A stretch of DNA of 64,000 bases from Tubulanus polymorphus (Eukaryota > Animalia > Nemertea), in NCBI RefSeq assembly GCF_964204645.1, contig NC_134035.1:6324001-6388000 (forward strand). Reading direction: 5' to 3'. The notes under the pieces are model-generated. The model was not told the origin of the DNA, ran no database searches, and was given only the letters and a program-made list of their open reading frames with translations. Numbering within the stretch: the stretch's first letter is position 1; every line of letters begins with the position of its first letter. The position numbers and the translations under genes were made by a program. Positions 1-12,808 of this stretch are shown here, piece by piece.

Positions 1-1140
1 TCGAGTCGCAGAAACTATTCCACCATCATCACGTGGTGACCGGTTTATAGATACGGCACACCTGACGCATACTAATTACTGTTAGTCATTGTGTAAAGTG
101 GTGTTCGTCGTGTAGGATTCCAACGAAAATGTGACGGCATTTCCTATTAAAGAGTGAATGAAGCGGTTCAATACTTTGTAATGGCGTAGAAAAATTATGA
201 ACATTCAATAAGACCTAGTTAGATATCGAAAACGTAGTCTAAGTATCTATAGCCAATGGAACCCGTAAGATCAGTTGGTATTCAGATTGTACTAGGGTTA
301 ATGGTAGTAGAACGGTTTTTGTTTAAAGCACAAAGTCGTCAGAAAACGCGCGGAATATGAAGTAAAAAGTGCGGCAATTAAAGCGGACGGATTTGTTTGG
401 TTCACTGAAGGATACTCAGTCTCTCGCGCTGTCGGTATCAAAGTTACTTTCCAGTGCTTCAATTAATGAAAACCTGTCCGGTATAGTCTCTCGTTTACAC
501 GGGTTTATACACGCGGCTCGGGCTGTAGTCGAGTTGACAATAATTGGGCTGAGAACTGACAGGCCCGGCGTGCTCTTAACGTCATCTCAATCGGGTATTA
601 TAGAGAGCTGCAGCCGGACGCGGTAAAACACGTTCCTCATTAACTACAAGTGATGAACGCCGTCGCAGAAAACATTTGAAAACATTAGTAAACCATGGCT
701 CTTCATACTCGACTATGAGAAATATACGGTGGAGATAAGGTCAGTGCGCGGTGATTGGGTAACCCTGGGCGAGGAAATGGGATCGGGTGTGGGCGTGAAC
801 AGTTAGCCAGTTTGAAATAAATGATATAAAAGAAAACAACACCAAATATGCCACTGATTTGTAGATGAACCATGTATGGATATTTCTCCCATTCTCACAT
901 TATTTATCTCTCCACCCACAATTCCTTCGTACCTCCCTACTTCCCCTATCCCTCATTCCCTCTCGTCTCCCTTCTCCCTCGTGACCCTTCTTTATGTCAA
1001 TGAAATTTTGGAAACGCTATATGAAGTCTTAATGATATGAGATAAAAGAGATTCATAAGTTTTAGAATCACGCAGAAAAAACTTCACTGGAATTTCACCA
1101 GATCTCGTTTGTCTACATATACAGTAAGAACTAGGTAGAG

Positions 1141-1210
1141 GGCCAAGTTGCACAGTCACGACTTAGATTTAAGACCAGTGAACTTAAGTCACGACTACTG
1201 CGACTGTGCC
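1141..1210. mobile_element. Short MITE, family B (TIR about GGCCAGTTGCACAGTC)
   Basis: The left end is GGCCAAGTTGCACAGTCACGACTTAG. The right side has CTTAAGTCACGACT and a degenerate end followed by CAG. The related TIR GACTGTGCAACTGG recurs at about 9184, 11348, 46428 and 53273. Confidence 0.5.
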
Positions 1211-1788
1211 CAGATTTTGAAGCCGCGCAGGAGAAAATATCGCGTGCGTATTTTGCGCCGCGCATATTTTAGTGCAGAATAAAGGCCCACGCACAAGTCT
1301 CGTAAACCTTATCACATTTACTTGAATATAACGGAATTCCTCTATTCTCCATCGCAAGGGGAAAATAATGGTTTTATCAATTTAAATAAACCCATCATGG
1401 GAATTTGACGCTGCCCGTCGCAAATGCATTTTAGGTATGTGTGCGGGGATCTTACGTAAAACCAATCGTGTTCGTCCAACGTCTCACCATCTGTCCCCGT
1501 TAGTTACAGATGCTGGGAAATTGATGGAGTATCACTGGATATCTCTCTGTATACGGCTGCTGCATCCCCGTGAGTGCGATCAATTCTCTATTTTTTCTAG
1601 CTTTGCTACGAACAGCGGGCGTGCGATCGTGCGCGAGTTGAAATTAATCTCAAAGCATCAATGCCGCACAAACCGCGAAACGATTGTACCAGCCTAGTTA
1701 CAGCATGACTGGCTTCAAATTGAAATAATGGTAGATTTTGAAAGGCTATTGTATCATGTTTTTTTTATAAAACTGCCTATACTGACTG

Positions 1789-1867
1789 TACAGGAGAGTG
1801 TAACGCAAGTGTCGTCGCGGTATTACCGAGTCTCTGGTAATACCACCTTGACACTACACAGGCTGTA
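1789..1867. repeat. About 80-nt imperfect hairpin (possible TA-flanked Tc1/mariner-type MITE relic)
   Basis: Nested inverted repeats: TACAG/CTGTA, GTGTA/TACAC, GTGTC/GACAC and GGTATTACC/GGTAATACC. Confidence 0.5.
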
Positions 1868-4800
1868 TACGGGGTTAGAAACCTCCAAGCAGCTGAAATG
1901 ATTATTTAAACTTATAACGAATAATAATCGCTTTAGAATGTGCATAGAAACGGTGAAAAGTGACGACAATCATCAGGAGTTGGGATTACTAATCGCTTTT
2001 ACAGTAAAATCGCCCCTATTCGATTTCAAAGAGATTCAAACACAATAACAGCCGTTGATTTAATCTGCTACTAATCCCGCATTATTGCGTGACCAATATT
2101 TCAATCTGAAATTCCCTCTGATCCGGCTGGGAAAATCAACAAAAGGCCTTCCTTATACAAGAACAATAGATTACGACCATGAAATATCTACGATACATGG
2201 TCGCAACTCGGGGGTTTGTCTCCGGGCTCGGAAATCAAAGCGGGCTAATTTTCGAGAAGTTTTATGAGTTACATGGTTAAAAATGCCTGGTGAAGAGAAG
2301 GCAAATAAGTTTTACCCGCCACACGTGACCATGCCGAACGTGATAATCGCGTCGGAAACCCAGCAGACGATGCGGCCGGAAGTGAAAAACACGTCGACTA
2401 CGTGTTTTAAATCGCAAAATCTCTTTCTCTCGAAGCTCGAGGCGAAATGATTAGTAACTATTCAAATACACACGCACTTCTCAACAAACATATAACATCA
2501 AAGAAGTTCGTTATTCTACAAAAAAATGAAATGAATCACGAAAAAAGAGACTTATATGAGATGTGAGTTTTATATGCAAAGCCAACATCTATGAATTCAA
2601 AAGTTTGAGATACGGTTAGAATCCGTTTATAACCAGACGTGACTCCAAATCATACTCATATTCAATGCAGATACCACGATTCTAAATGACGCCGCGTTGC
2701 GCACCATTAATTCGTTTAAATATCCTTTCTTCACGTCTCTTTCTCTCTCTCTCTTTCGATCGAAATGGGTGAATATACTCGATGCCGGAACCAAGTTCGG
2801 GTATCTCCCCGGGTTAATGAAGGTGTGCGAACCCATACAGATAGTCAACCAGATTCGCGCTAATGACGGTAGAGTTGCGCGGTCATATTCGCCATAACGG
2901 CAGCGATGTGATTGCCTTGCGGAACAAATGTAAATACTGCTGATTATCATCGGTGGTTTTATAGCCCTCAACAGACGCGAAATAAGTACGGCACCGACTT
3001 GGTGAAGATTTATATACTGAAAACTGATTATACTGTGTATTTGTTAGTGTTTTGTTGATCCCCGGTGACCGATGAGCCCGGCCCAGCGCGCTAATTCAAG
3101 TACCATTCAGTTGGCGTTCCCAATAATATCGTTCTTCACGCTGGTGATATGAAAACCGCCACACTGCTGCCGACTGAAATTGATGAGAGCGATTTTGACT
3201 GCTGCTACCAGTATCAGGAACTGTATAACCGTGAACATTTTGCAGATCATCTGCCAGATATTGCTCTCTTTACCGCGAGGTGGTGATGGGTTCTCACGAT
3301 TATAGGGTAGGGGGAACGGAGTACTCAAAGACCGGTTCAAAATCTCTTCCCGAATCTACCACTATCGGAAAATACAAGATATATATTACTGCATTTATAA
3401 CATCTCCCCGATATTAGCATGATAGGATCACAAGTTTTTATTAGTGTTTGGTGAATGGTTATCATTTTAAAACTACTTGAACAAAAAAGAAATGGTTAAA
3501 AAGATTTGTTTTCGGTTACAATTCAAGTATATATTCATATATCAATGATTATGGTAGGTTTCGATATCGGGATGGTTGGAAGTTAACTGCTGCACCGACT
3601 GGCCATTATTATCTAGCGATAGTTAACGTTTATCCATAAATTTCAAACATACGTTTTGTATAATTACCAATTAATACATGTCTATTGCCCAATTAATAAT
3701 GTTTTTGATAATGAGATATGTTGATTACGGTCCCAATAGGATCGGATATGACGATTACCAGAGACTGGTTTAAGGTATTTCTTTCCTCTATTTTTATTAA
3801 TCGGTTTCGATTATAGCATGAAATGTCTGTTTCGATCGTTTTCAATTAAGCGCGTCGTTGTTATGCAGAGAACGGCATCGATGGAAGCCATTTTTATACG
3901 GAGGCAAACAGAAATGAGAATGAGTTGTCGAATCGTCTGTAGATATCTCAACTTAATCTCACGTTTTAGTAATCGGTCACCGTAGGAATTTTTACGTTCT
4001 GATTCTTTTCCTTGATCGAAAAAGTATTCGATTCGACTTTCGGGTGATTTGTGTTATCGTTAAGCCTGGCTTATATCGACAAGCGACGCGACGCCTCCCG
4101 ACTCCTGCCGACGCAACAGAAAGGCGCGATCGCAGCCAAGCTTATGTCGACTTCGCTCCGATTCCAACTGAGGCCGACTAGCGGGTTACGAGATCCTCCC
4201 AGTTGCTCCCCTGCTAATGTCGGTTGCGATTACTGACAACGCCGACTCAGATGGCCACGATCGTAATAATAGCATTTTGAGAATAAATATGAATTATATA
4301 TTTTGAGAGAATAAATTCAAATTATTTCTGAATTATCGCGAAAATATATTTCCAGTTCAAAAACTAAACTGTTAAGATCTTTATCGTTCTGATTCTTTTA
4401 GAAACTCTGGCTACTTGATCTGTTTCTTTTCACGTTGAAGAGTAATGGATAAATTGCTATGATCTATACAAAGAAAGAACAACTTTCTACTGCCTATAGA
4501 GTTATAGCTATGAGCAATTTACAAAACTTCAACAAAGCTATTCTCAAGCCGTTCAAGTATATTTATTTTCACATGTTGATGTTGAATTTGCCACTTTGTT
4601 TTCCCGTGGAGCGTGACACGTGGTGTATCGGTCCAACACGACGCGGAGGCAAATATGTAATTATGGCACCTGTGAACGGTCGCAATTAATACCGCATGTT
4701 TGCCGTTGACAAACAACGAGAACAGTGACCTGTTTGCCCAAGCGCCAGCCATCTTTCATCTTACAAGTTGCAGCCGCAAACATGGCTCAGAATGATCGCC

Positions 4801-7800
4801 ATTTGCGGAGTAAACCGAGCCCATTCGTGTCAGTTATTGAAAAGTGAATGCGTATCGATTTGATCTGTGGTCGAATAGACTGTTGTTGTTATTGTTAGCG
4901 AAGAAAGAGTAAGAGAGTGAGAAAACTGTAGTTACTGACTGAGTGTCGTCATTGAATTATCGTTTCATTTTCGATCGTTTCTCAACTCAAATAAAATGCT
5001 GCATGACATACGACATGTATAGGCTGGTGCGAAGTTCTTACCTCAATGTGTAGAATATTAATCGTTCTATGCACTCTCCCATACAACGAAAAAGAGGGAG
5101 CTAGTACTCGAGTTGATAGTTGTATATATAACCAAATGGCCTGAGACTGGTCTCGATTTTTTAGATTGGCTATAGAATCAAAATGAGCAGAGAACGATCC
5201 AAGTGCTTTACAATGTGACCGTATAGCCAAGAATACCGATCTGGGCTGCTGATAGGTCAGACGCTAGTATCTTGTGGTTATCGATGATTTCAATGATTAT
5301 GACGTCCGTTGAATTCAAATGATTGACTACTACCGTTTTTAATGATTCCTGACTCGTCCACCGCGACGTGTTTTACTTCCGGCCGCCATCGCCGATAAAC
5401 TGTAAATCACCACGCGCACCGGAAATAGCCACGTCTTTAAGTTTATCTGATGCGTTTCCGAGGAATCTTTACCGGCGCTTGCTACCCCGGCGCTAACGAT
5501 CTGTTGCCTTGTTTTAATACGGTGTAGTTTGGTTATCTAAACGTGTCGTTAACGAACCACGTTAACTGAGAATGATCGGCTTTTTCAGTCCTTCAATCCA
5601 ATAGGTGTCAGCACATGACGACAATGTTCTCAGAATTGAAATGATTTGTATATAGGTCGGATTTCAAATGATTTCACTGATTATTCCAAGGCAAATGATA
5701 AGTTGATAGATGGCAGCCAACAGCACATGACAGTCGGGTTCTACGAACTTGAGATGATTTGTAGGTCGGATGTCGAGGTCGGCCGTACATATTTCACTTT
5801 TACTATAAAAACTTCCAGGGTTCAGGACTCTCTGCGAGGCTGATAAGCTAATCCCGAAGCATGACAAATTCATTCACGAGCCACCGAGTGATCCTGATCC
5901 GAGCTCTCTTCTGGTGCAGTAATTATATCTCACACACGGGCATTAAAAAGCCCGAGCTCGTTAGTGTCGGCAACGGCGGCGAAATATTTGATGGGATTGC
6001 GTTTCGAGTGAATTAGACGCGGGACTTAGACGGGATAACATAATGATAGTGATTACCAGGACCGAGGATTAGGCCTACTCTCGTAGCGAAGACTTGTTGC
6101 TCTTGTTTTGCTCCACTCGCTTGCTCTCCCACCTCTGGTGTTCACGTGACCGTGACGTCGAATGATAAATCGCGGTGGTTTTAACTTTGAAAAGCATTTT
6201 TTCCGAAGGCGAAGATGTATTCCTCGAATTAACGAATGATAAAAGAGATATTGTTCAATAAAGATACAATATATCTTATGTAGAGTTAAAGTCAAACGGG
6301 AGTCTGTTAATTTATAACTCAAAAGATACAATGTTATCTATTATTTCCTGTACGGATAGAAGAAAGAAGACCTCTTTATACTATCCGTACCGATATCCAC
6401 ATTATCCTTATATGCGGTTATCCGTCATCGTTGTACTAAATTTTGTTAAGTATGTACTTGCCATAAAAGTATTCTTCTTTGACAATAAAGTTTATATATA
6501 TAATAAAGATATAATGCCCTGACTGGACCCATAATAGATATGACTGAGAAATGAAGGAACTGGTGTCCAGGACCAGGTCGTAATTCTTTATTGTTGAACT
6601 AAGAAAGATAATCATTTCGGGCTGGAGACCCCATTCTTCTGGTTTTGCATTGGAAGGGTCGAAGTATTTGAATTTTGAATGATCGGTATGCCACCTGGTG
6701 GAGTAGCTGGTATGTTCAGTGTCACCATCTGGTGTTGAATAACATGATTAGACCAAACGCCGTTGACGCTTGTATGTTGCATGTTATTATAGTTCGTTTG
6801 CGTATCTAGGCCTATCTAATCTGCTCACAAATCATGTGAAAGGAGCTCATGAGTTATTAGAATATTAAACACACGCGGCGCGGCGGGGTTATCGCCGTTA
6901 TAGGCGTGGCATCATTGTCTGTTACAGCACGTCCCGCCGGATCACAGAATCGCGTTCAGTTCAGTTTTCGTTAATTAGTCCGAATTGGAAGATTCTCCCC
7001 GAGGCCATGACACATGCCGGAACAAAGGTATCGATACGACAAAGGATTTAACGCCGATTCTCCGTTAGAATATTAATACACCTTTTAGGTTAATTCTCTA
7101 TGAATTACGTCATATTGTGACCGATAACGTAAATCTCTAGCCATCGTTATTAAAGGTTCCAAAATCATCAATATGAAAAGCCTAAAAATTGAGGAATCAT
7201 TTATGTTATTAATCACGTAGTTTGTAAGTTTGTAATACAAAGGAAAGCTAATGAAAAGTAAACATTTTCCGAAGGTAGTGATAACGGGTTTTCTGCTTTC
7301 CTGGTTTAAATGTCCGTAGTATGCGTTTTTCAACCGCTTGAGAACCATTGGAGTTTCCCAGTCAATTAACGTGACGTCACTGCAAGCGTCTAGTCAAGGG
7401 CTACTGAACGCACTTGCAACCACGATTGCGGTTAGGGCAAAATCATTTGTGCTCGCTTTTGAGATCTCCAAACTATCATTCAGCGCTTTTCGATGTCAGA
7501 ATTTTCAAAAATAAAACGCTCCCAGGTTGGTTGGCGAGTAAAGTCACAAATCAAAAATCCATGCGGGGCATTAGTAGGACCCTGCATCATCCCATTGAAC
7601 CATTGTTCTTAAGTCCACTACACTATACGGTTCTGGATAAGCCGACTAAATAGATTAGATACCACCAGTATTTGCCGTGGCTTATTATTTTCACATTAGA
7701 CGCCGCCGCATCTCCGCCTGATGCGCAACGCGAGAGCCGCAGTTTACATTTAGGTCCCATAAATCTTCCCGGTCGAATTACGCCTGGGACCTCCCAGCGG

Positions 7801-8070
7801 CTACAAGTCTCGTCATCTGGTATCATGGCCGCTGAAGTCTCGCGAGATTTGCCATCAATGGCGTTAATGTTGTTTGGTCTTGTTTTATGACGGTGTCAAA
7901 TTAACTTAACGGCAATAACAATAATTAGATTTGTAACTGAGGGAATTAAACAACTTGTTGTGTGAGTGTGTGTGAGTGTGTGTTTCTATATTATACAGCG
8001 CGCTAACAGAGATGCCATGGTGCATCCAGACAATATCATCTAAAGTCTTAATCACGAAAATGATAAACCA

Positions 8071-8135
8071 GGACTCAATTCCACAGTTCTGGATTAAATA
8101 TGACTCTTGGAGTTAAAAATATTGGGATGAATTAA
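8071..8135. mobile_element. Left half of MITE family A
   Basis: CAG|GACTCAATTCCACAGTTCTGGATTAAATATGACTCT resembles the TIR and arm of the 20977 element. Confidence 0.5.
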
Positions 8136-8547
8136 TAATCAGCGATCACGGACACTATGAAAGTGTAGACTATTAATATCAATATTCCACGCGTTTTAAA
8201 CGTGTTTTCGCTGCTGTTTCTAATTAATGGATTTATGAAAAATAAACATTAAGACTGTGAAACTATGATCGAAATGATGGATTTATCCATCACGCTATTG
8301 CGATCGTACTAATGCGCGGCGCAGGCCTTGCCAAAATATGATTTCAGCGCGTCATCAATTACCAGGTAATGAGCAGTCACGTGTTTACACTACGATCGAC
8401 CACTCTTATTTCTTTGTTTCCTAGATATTTCAAGCGATGGTGCCGTTATTTGTTTAACGTTTTTGATCGATGATTTTTGCGAGTTTGTCGGGATTCGTCA
8501 TTAACGGCAAATTTTACAATTCGTTAATTTTTCCGATAATTTTCATA

Positions 8548-8589
8548 CAGCGGCGGCGGCGGCGGCGGCGGCAGCGGCAGCAGCAGCAG
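8548..8589. repeat. (CGG)n(CAG)n microsatellite
   Basis: cagcggcggcggcggcggcggcggcagcggcagcagcagcag. Confidence 0.95.
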
Positions 8590-9032
8590 ACACCCGACAC
8601 TTGATAATGTTATAAGTTTTTTCCAAATACATTTATATAAGCATGGACGTAAAAACTTGCTACCTCCACAATCTCAGTAAAAATTCCCTTCGTGTACGTG
8701 ACCTTGGTTTCATCCCCGGCGAATATCTGTAATTTCATTTCATTGACATGGCGGACCTCGACGGGACAACCAGTACTCAGTTTTAAATTGCGCTCAGATA
8801 AAGCTTAGCTCCGGTCAATAACCCATTGTTTTGTCGAAGCTTCGCAATTGTTTTCCGTCGCCGGTTGATTTTATTTGCATCGATGAACGATTATTTGGCT
8901 TCATTAATCGACAAAGAGCCTGGATCGAATTACATTGACATAAGACGATGAAATGCGTACAACTGCTTGTCTAGGTTTATGAAGGTCTCCGTCGTTCAAA
9001 TTAGTGCTTCGCGTGTGAGCTACGATAAAACC

Positions 9033-9201
9033 CCTGGACTAAGGCCAGTCTAAGCTCATTTTAGCTCTACAACCAATCTAACAACTGAAAGGTCAGACTC
9101 AGCTCATTTTAGTTCTAAAATCAAACTGACGACCAGTCCAGAGTCTTATCATTTATGTATGACTAGTTTTGAACTCAATTAACGACTGTGCAACTGGGTT
9201 C
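9033..9201. mobile_element. MITE family B copy with internal duplication
   Basis: AGCTCATTTTAG.TCTA.AA.CAA.CT.AC occurs twice, and the element ends GACTGTGCAACTGGGTTC. Related internal sequence occurs at about 5140-5190 (reverse), 36690-36835 and 53150-53290. Confidence 0.55.
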
Positions 9202-9299
9202 CGAACTTAATATTTAGTGGCAGAAATATAGACGTTGTGATTCTCTCTGTCTTTGATCTCGAGTCACTGTCCGCGATTTAGTGTATAGATACTGTTACC

Positions 9300-9316
9300 C
9301 ACACACACACACACAC
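9300..9316. repeat. (CA)n microsatellite
   Basis: cacacacacacacacac. Confidence 0.9.
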
Positions 9317-9920
9317 TGATTCATTCCCACACATCCCCCTCGAGGGTAAAAACCATATCACACCAACACACCATCGTATATCGATCGGGTTCACGCGCAT
9401 GCGCGTAGCGTATTGGTGACTACTCCACGAAGTGTGTGACAATAATTTGGCCCAGATTTTATCTCGCATTGTGTTTTGTGTGTTTCGTAATGTGTTTTTT
9501 AATCTGTTACTGATAATGTTCATCGTTACGACGACTTCAAGCAGGCTATAATTTTACGAGTCGTGACTCACGGATCCTCAAAAGCGTCGTCGTGAAGAAA
9601 ATAGCTTTTGGTATTAAAGATTTTGACGAGCGTGCCTGGAGTTGTGTGTATACACGCGAAAAAGGATAATATAAGACAGAAAGCGTCGGTTTTATCGTCA
9701 CATAAATCGGGGGTTGGTTAGGTGCTCAAGAACGGAAGGTATAGCTGGCCAGCTCTATCTGGGGGTGAAATAAACAACTTGTTTCGATCACCAAAATAGC
9801 TGGTAAATAAGACCTTGCTACGTCAGTAATATTGATTATCTCAAAGCAAATGAAATCCATGGCAAACTCATTTTGAATCACTTCGTTTAACGTTTAATTA
9901 TCTTTCATTCTCAAAGGACT

Positions 9921-9948
9921 GAGAGAAAGAGAGAGAGAGAGAGAGAGG
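9921..9948. repeat. (GA)n microsatellite
   Basis: gagagaaagagagagagagagagagagg. Confidence 0.9.
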
Positions 9949-9997
9949 GAAAGAGCGAGTCCAACGAGTAAGATGGGTGTAATTGTATTACGTGAGG

Positions 9998-10270
9998 CAG
10001 GGCGGGTCCAAGAGAGAACCAGGGAAACTAATCCCCCACTCTAGATTTTTTATGTGCCCTCAAAATTTCAAGGAAATGTTTTTTTCTCATCGTGTAATTG
10101 TGTAAGGAGATATGAATTATTCCCTCATGAGAGCCATCAAATAGTCTAGGAGAACATCAAAATTTCAAACACCTTTGGCGCTTGCCATGTCGGGGTGCCC
10201 TTCGTAATTACTTTTGTGCCCTTTCAATACCCAGGTCGCCCACCTTCCAAAAATCGTGGCTCCGCCCTTG
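9998..10270. mobile_element. About 270-bp non-autonomous DNA transposon (hAT-like), older
   Basis: Ends are CAGGGCGGGTCCA and TGGCTCCGCCCTTG. The flanks ACGTGAGG and AAATGAGG match 6/8, a possible degenerate 8-bp TSD. GTGCCCT is repeated three times internally. Confidence 0.6.
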
Positions 10271-12771
10271 AAATGAGGACAACGCCCTCGACTGAGACGA
10301 CCAATCTATTGTTATTTCAAAAACCGTCATTATTTCACCATAATTTCATAATTCCCATCAATATTCCGGGTTAAAATGGCGGTTATTACCGGCACTTCGA
10401 TCGCACTTAATCGAAGGTTACGGCGTATAAAACCGCATATGAACAAGGACTATTAGAGCGGTAGCAGCGAGAGGTGTACGAGGGCAGTAAAACCGCTTTT
10501 CACCGGGTCGTAATGAGAGAACTAGTCACCATCGACTCCCCACATTGAATTACATCGCGTAGTGGCAATTTGTGTGACATTATAACTACCGGATATTGCC
10601 TGCCACCGAGATTCAATGCTTTCGACATCTATTTCATCAACTTCGATCAAATATTTACACTCGCCTTCGATAGAAATACATTGACCCTATTAACTACGCG
10701 CTCGTCTGTGGACAATCGTCGACACGGTCGGTTTTTATTTTATTTTACGAGAGAGCGCGGCGGCGGGCTACATCGCTCGGAACCGCTGCTGAATTTATCC
10801 GTAAACGGATTACGAATTATATATGATTGCATCGTCGGTTCTGGTGATGCCGCGGCGATTAGCGTTTTATGCTCGTATGAATTGCGCATTCATTACGGCG
10901 CGCTAACGTTGTCGAGAGACCGTAAACGTTAAAATTGCAATAAAACGTCACTAGGTTACGACGTCACGTGTGATGCAGTTCACACTAGATTTGATCGGAT
11001 GTTGGGTCAAGCGGGTGGGGTAAGGTTTTGAACGGATGCGTACTTTGGAGAAGGTCAATAGTGACTGAAATTGAATCAGGGCTGACGGCCCTACCTGTAA
11101 CATCAGGTAACATGAATTGATTTGCACAGTCGTAACTCCAAAATTTAACTCCAAAAGAGACTACCAAAATTTGTTTTAAACCGTTATATTGAAAGTTACC
11201 TGGTGCGCCCTCCAATAACCTGTAGCAAGTTTATCAAATACATGAACCAGATCCACGAACGCATCGATGCACATTACACAGAATCTTATAATCAATGTTG
11301 GCTTTTACGGTAACCAGTGGAACTAGCTGTTCTTAATTCAAAGCTACGACTGCGCAACAGGTGTCTGGTTGTAGAATCGTTTAAAAACTATTTTTATGAA
11401 TATATAGAAAAACCTTTTGTCATTCTATCAGTGAAGGGTTTTCAGTATAGTGTTCCTATCTGCGCTCATACATTCAACAACTACTCCCGCGTGTGAAATC
11501 TCACTGACATCCAGGACGTGCTGATCTCTGAATTTGACGGCTTTTCTCGTCAACCAGACGATTTTGATGCCATTGTGAGTAGATAACTAGGATGACAGTT
11601 TAATTAGTGCGCTAAAGGCTGGTTATCACGAGCTGGATTCCAGCTAGCTATTTCCCGCTGCCAGAAAAAAAGACCGCTCGCGAAAACGCCGAAAAACTGA
11701 TTCCGAGCAGAAAACGCGGCAGCAGAAAAACCTAATGCAGAATTCCTCAGCTGGCAATTGCTGGCTCTGGAAACCGCGAGTGAAAACGCTTGCCACAGCG
11801 GTTTAGTTTGACTAAAAGAGAACCAAATATTTCCTCTTAATATGAATTACATTTTAGTATCTAACATTCAAAACGGTGGTCAAGTTTGGATCACGTGATA
11901 ATAGGGTAAATCGTCGACTTAGCATCAACAAAAAATTTCGTCCACTGCGCCAATTGAACCGTTGTGTATTGAATAAAATCGGCCCGAATAAATCAAGATT
12001 CATCCAATCTCATAATAGAATTTCAGGTAATCTGCTACGGATGCTCTCTATAGACTGTAGTCTGTATCATTTCCTTTCAATAATCTTTAAATACATTATT
12101 GAACTGATATATTTGGAAATCGTGTAGTGGTCAAACTAATGCTTACTGCACGACCAGCAATAACTCAATCTAATTAGAACTAATTTAAAATCCGATCGGA
12201 GGAGGGGGTTAGCTAGCGGTTATAGGAGAGGTTATGAACTTCATTGTCGCGTTCGTTGATTAAGAAAATTAAGAAAGTCAAACGGAAATTGCTGCGCAGT
12301 ACGCCTCAGGATTTATCAGACTTAAGCCTAGGATTACGTGTGTATCGTATATAGGAATTTAGCTTTCGGCGAAATAGAACTGCAGTGTTCAGTCTCATTG
12401 GTGAAATGCTCGGTTGAACTCGGGTTGATTTAAGTAGTTCGGACGTGTACGGAAAATCCAAACGAATGTGCTTTGATTTCCGAAAGGAAATGACACTAAT
12501 AAGCTCTCGAAAGTGTTTTATTAGTGTGGATTGTTCGGGAATTGAGTCAGTCGAGGATTCCACGCTTGGCAGGCAAGGATCGACCAGGTGTCGCCAGTAG
12601 ATAGTCGGTTTTCCGCGTTCGATTTCTTTTACATTTCAATTGAAACCGAATGAACTTTTCTCTTAAATGGATCAATTATCAATGAAAACTATACCGATAT
12701 CTGAGTTAGAAGAATGAAAGTTTTGTATAGGCTATTTGGTGGGTGCTGTGATGGATTCGGGAATCTAAAAA

Positions 12772-12808
12772 TCCAGTTCAAAATTCATTGAAAATGAACT
12801 AATTTTGA
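12772..12808. mobile_element. Fragment of MITE family A
   Basis: CATTGAAAATGAACTAATTTT (12786-12806) is the exact reverse complement of 21018-21038. Confidence 0.55.

Noticed and set aside
11614-11795. GC-rich segment starting AGGCTGGTTATCAC and ending near GTGAAAACGCTTGCC, possibly a Harbinger-type MITE (similar cases at about 4062 and 39259)
   Set aside because: The TIRs are too degenerate and there is no clear TSD, so boundaries cannot be supported.
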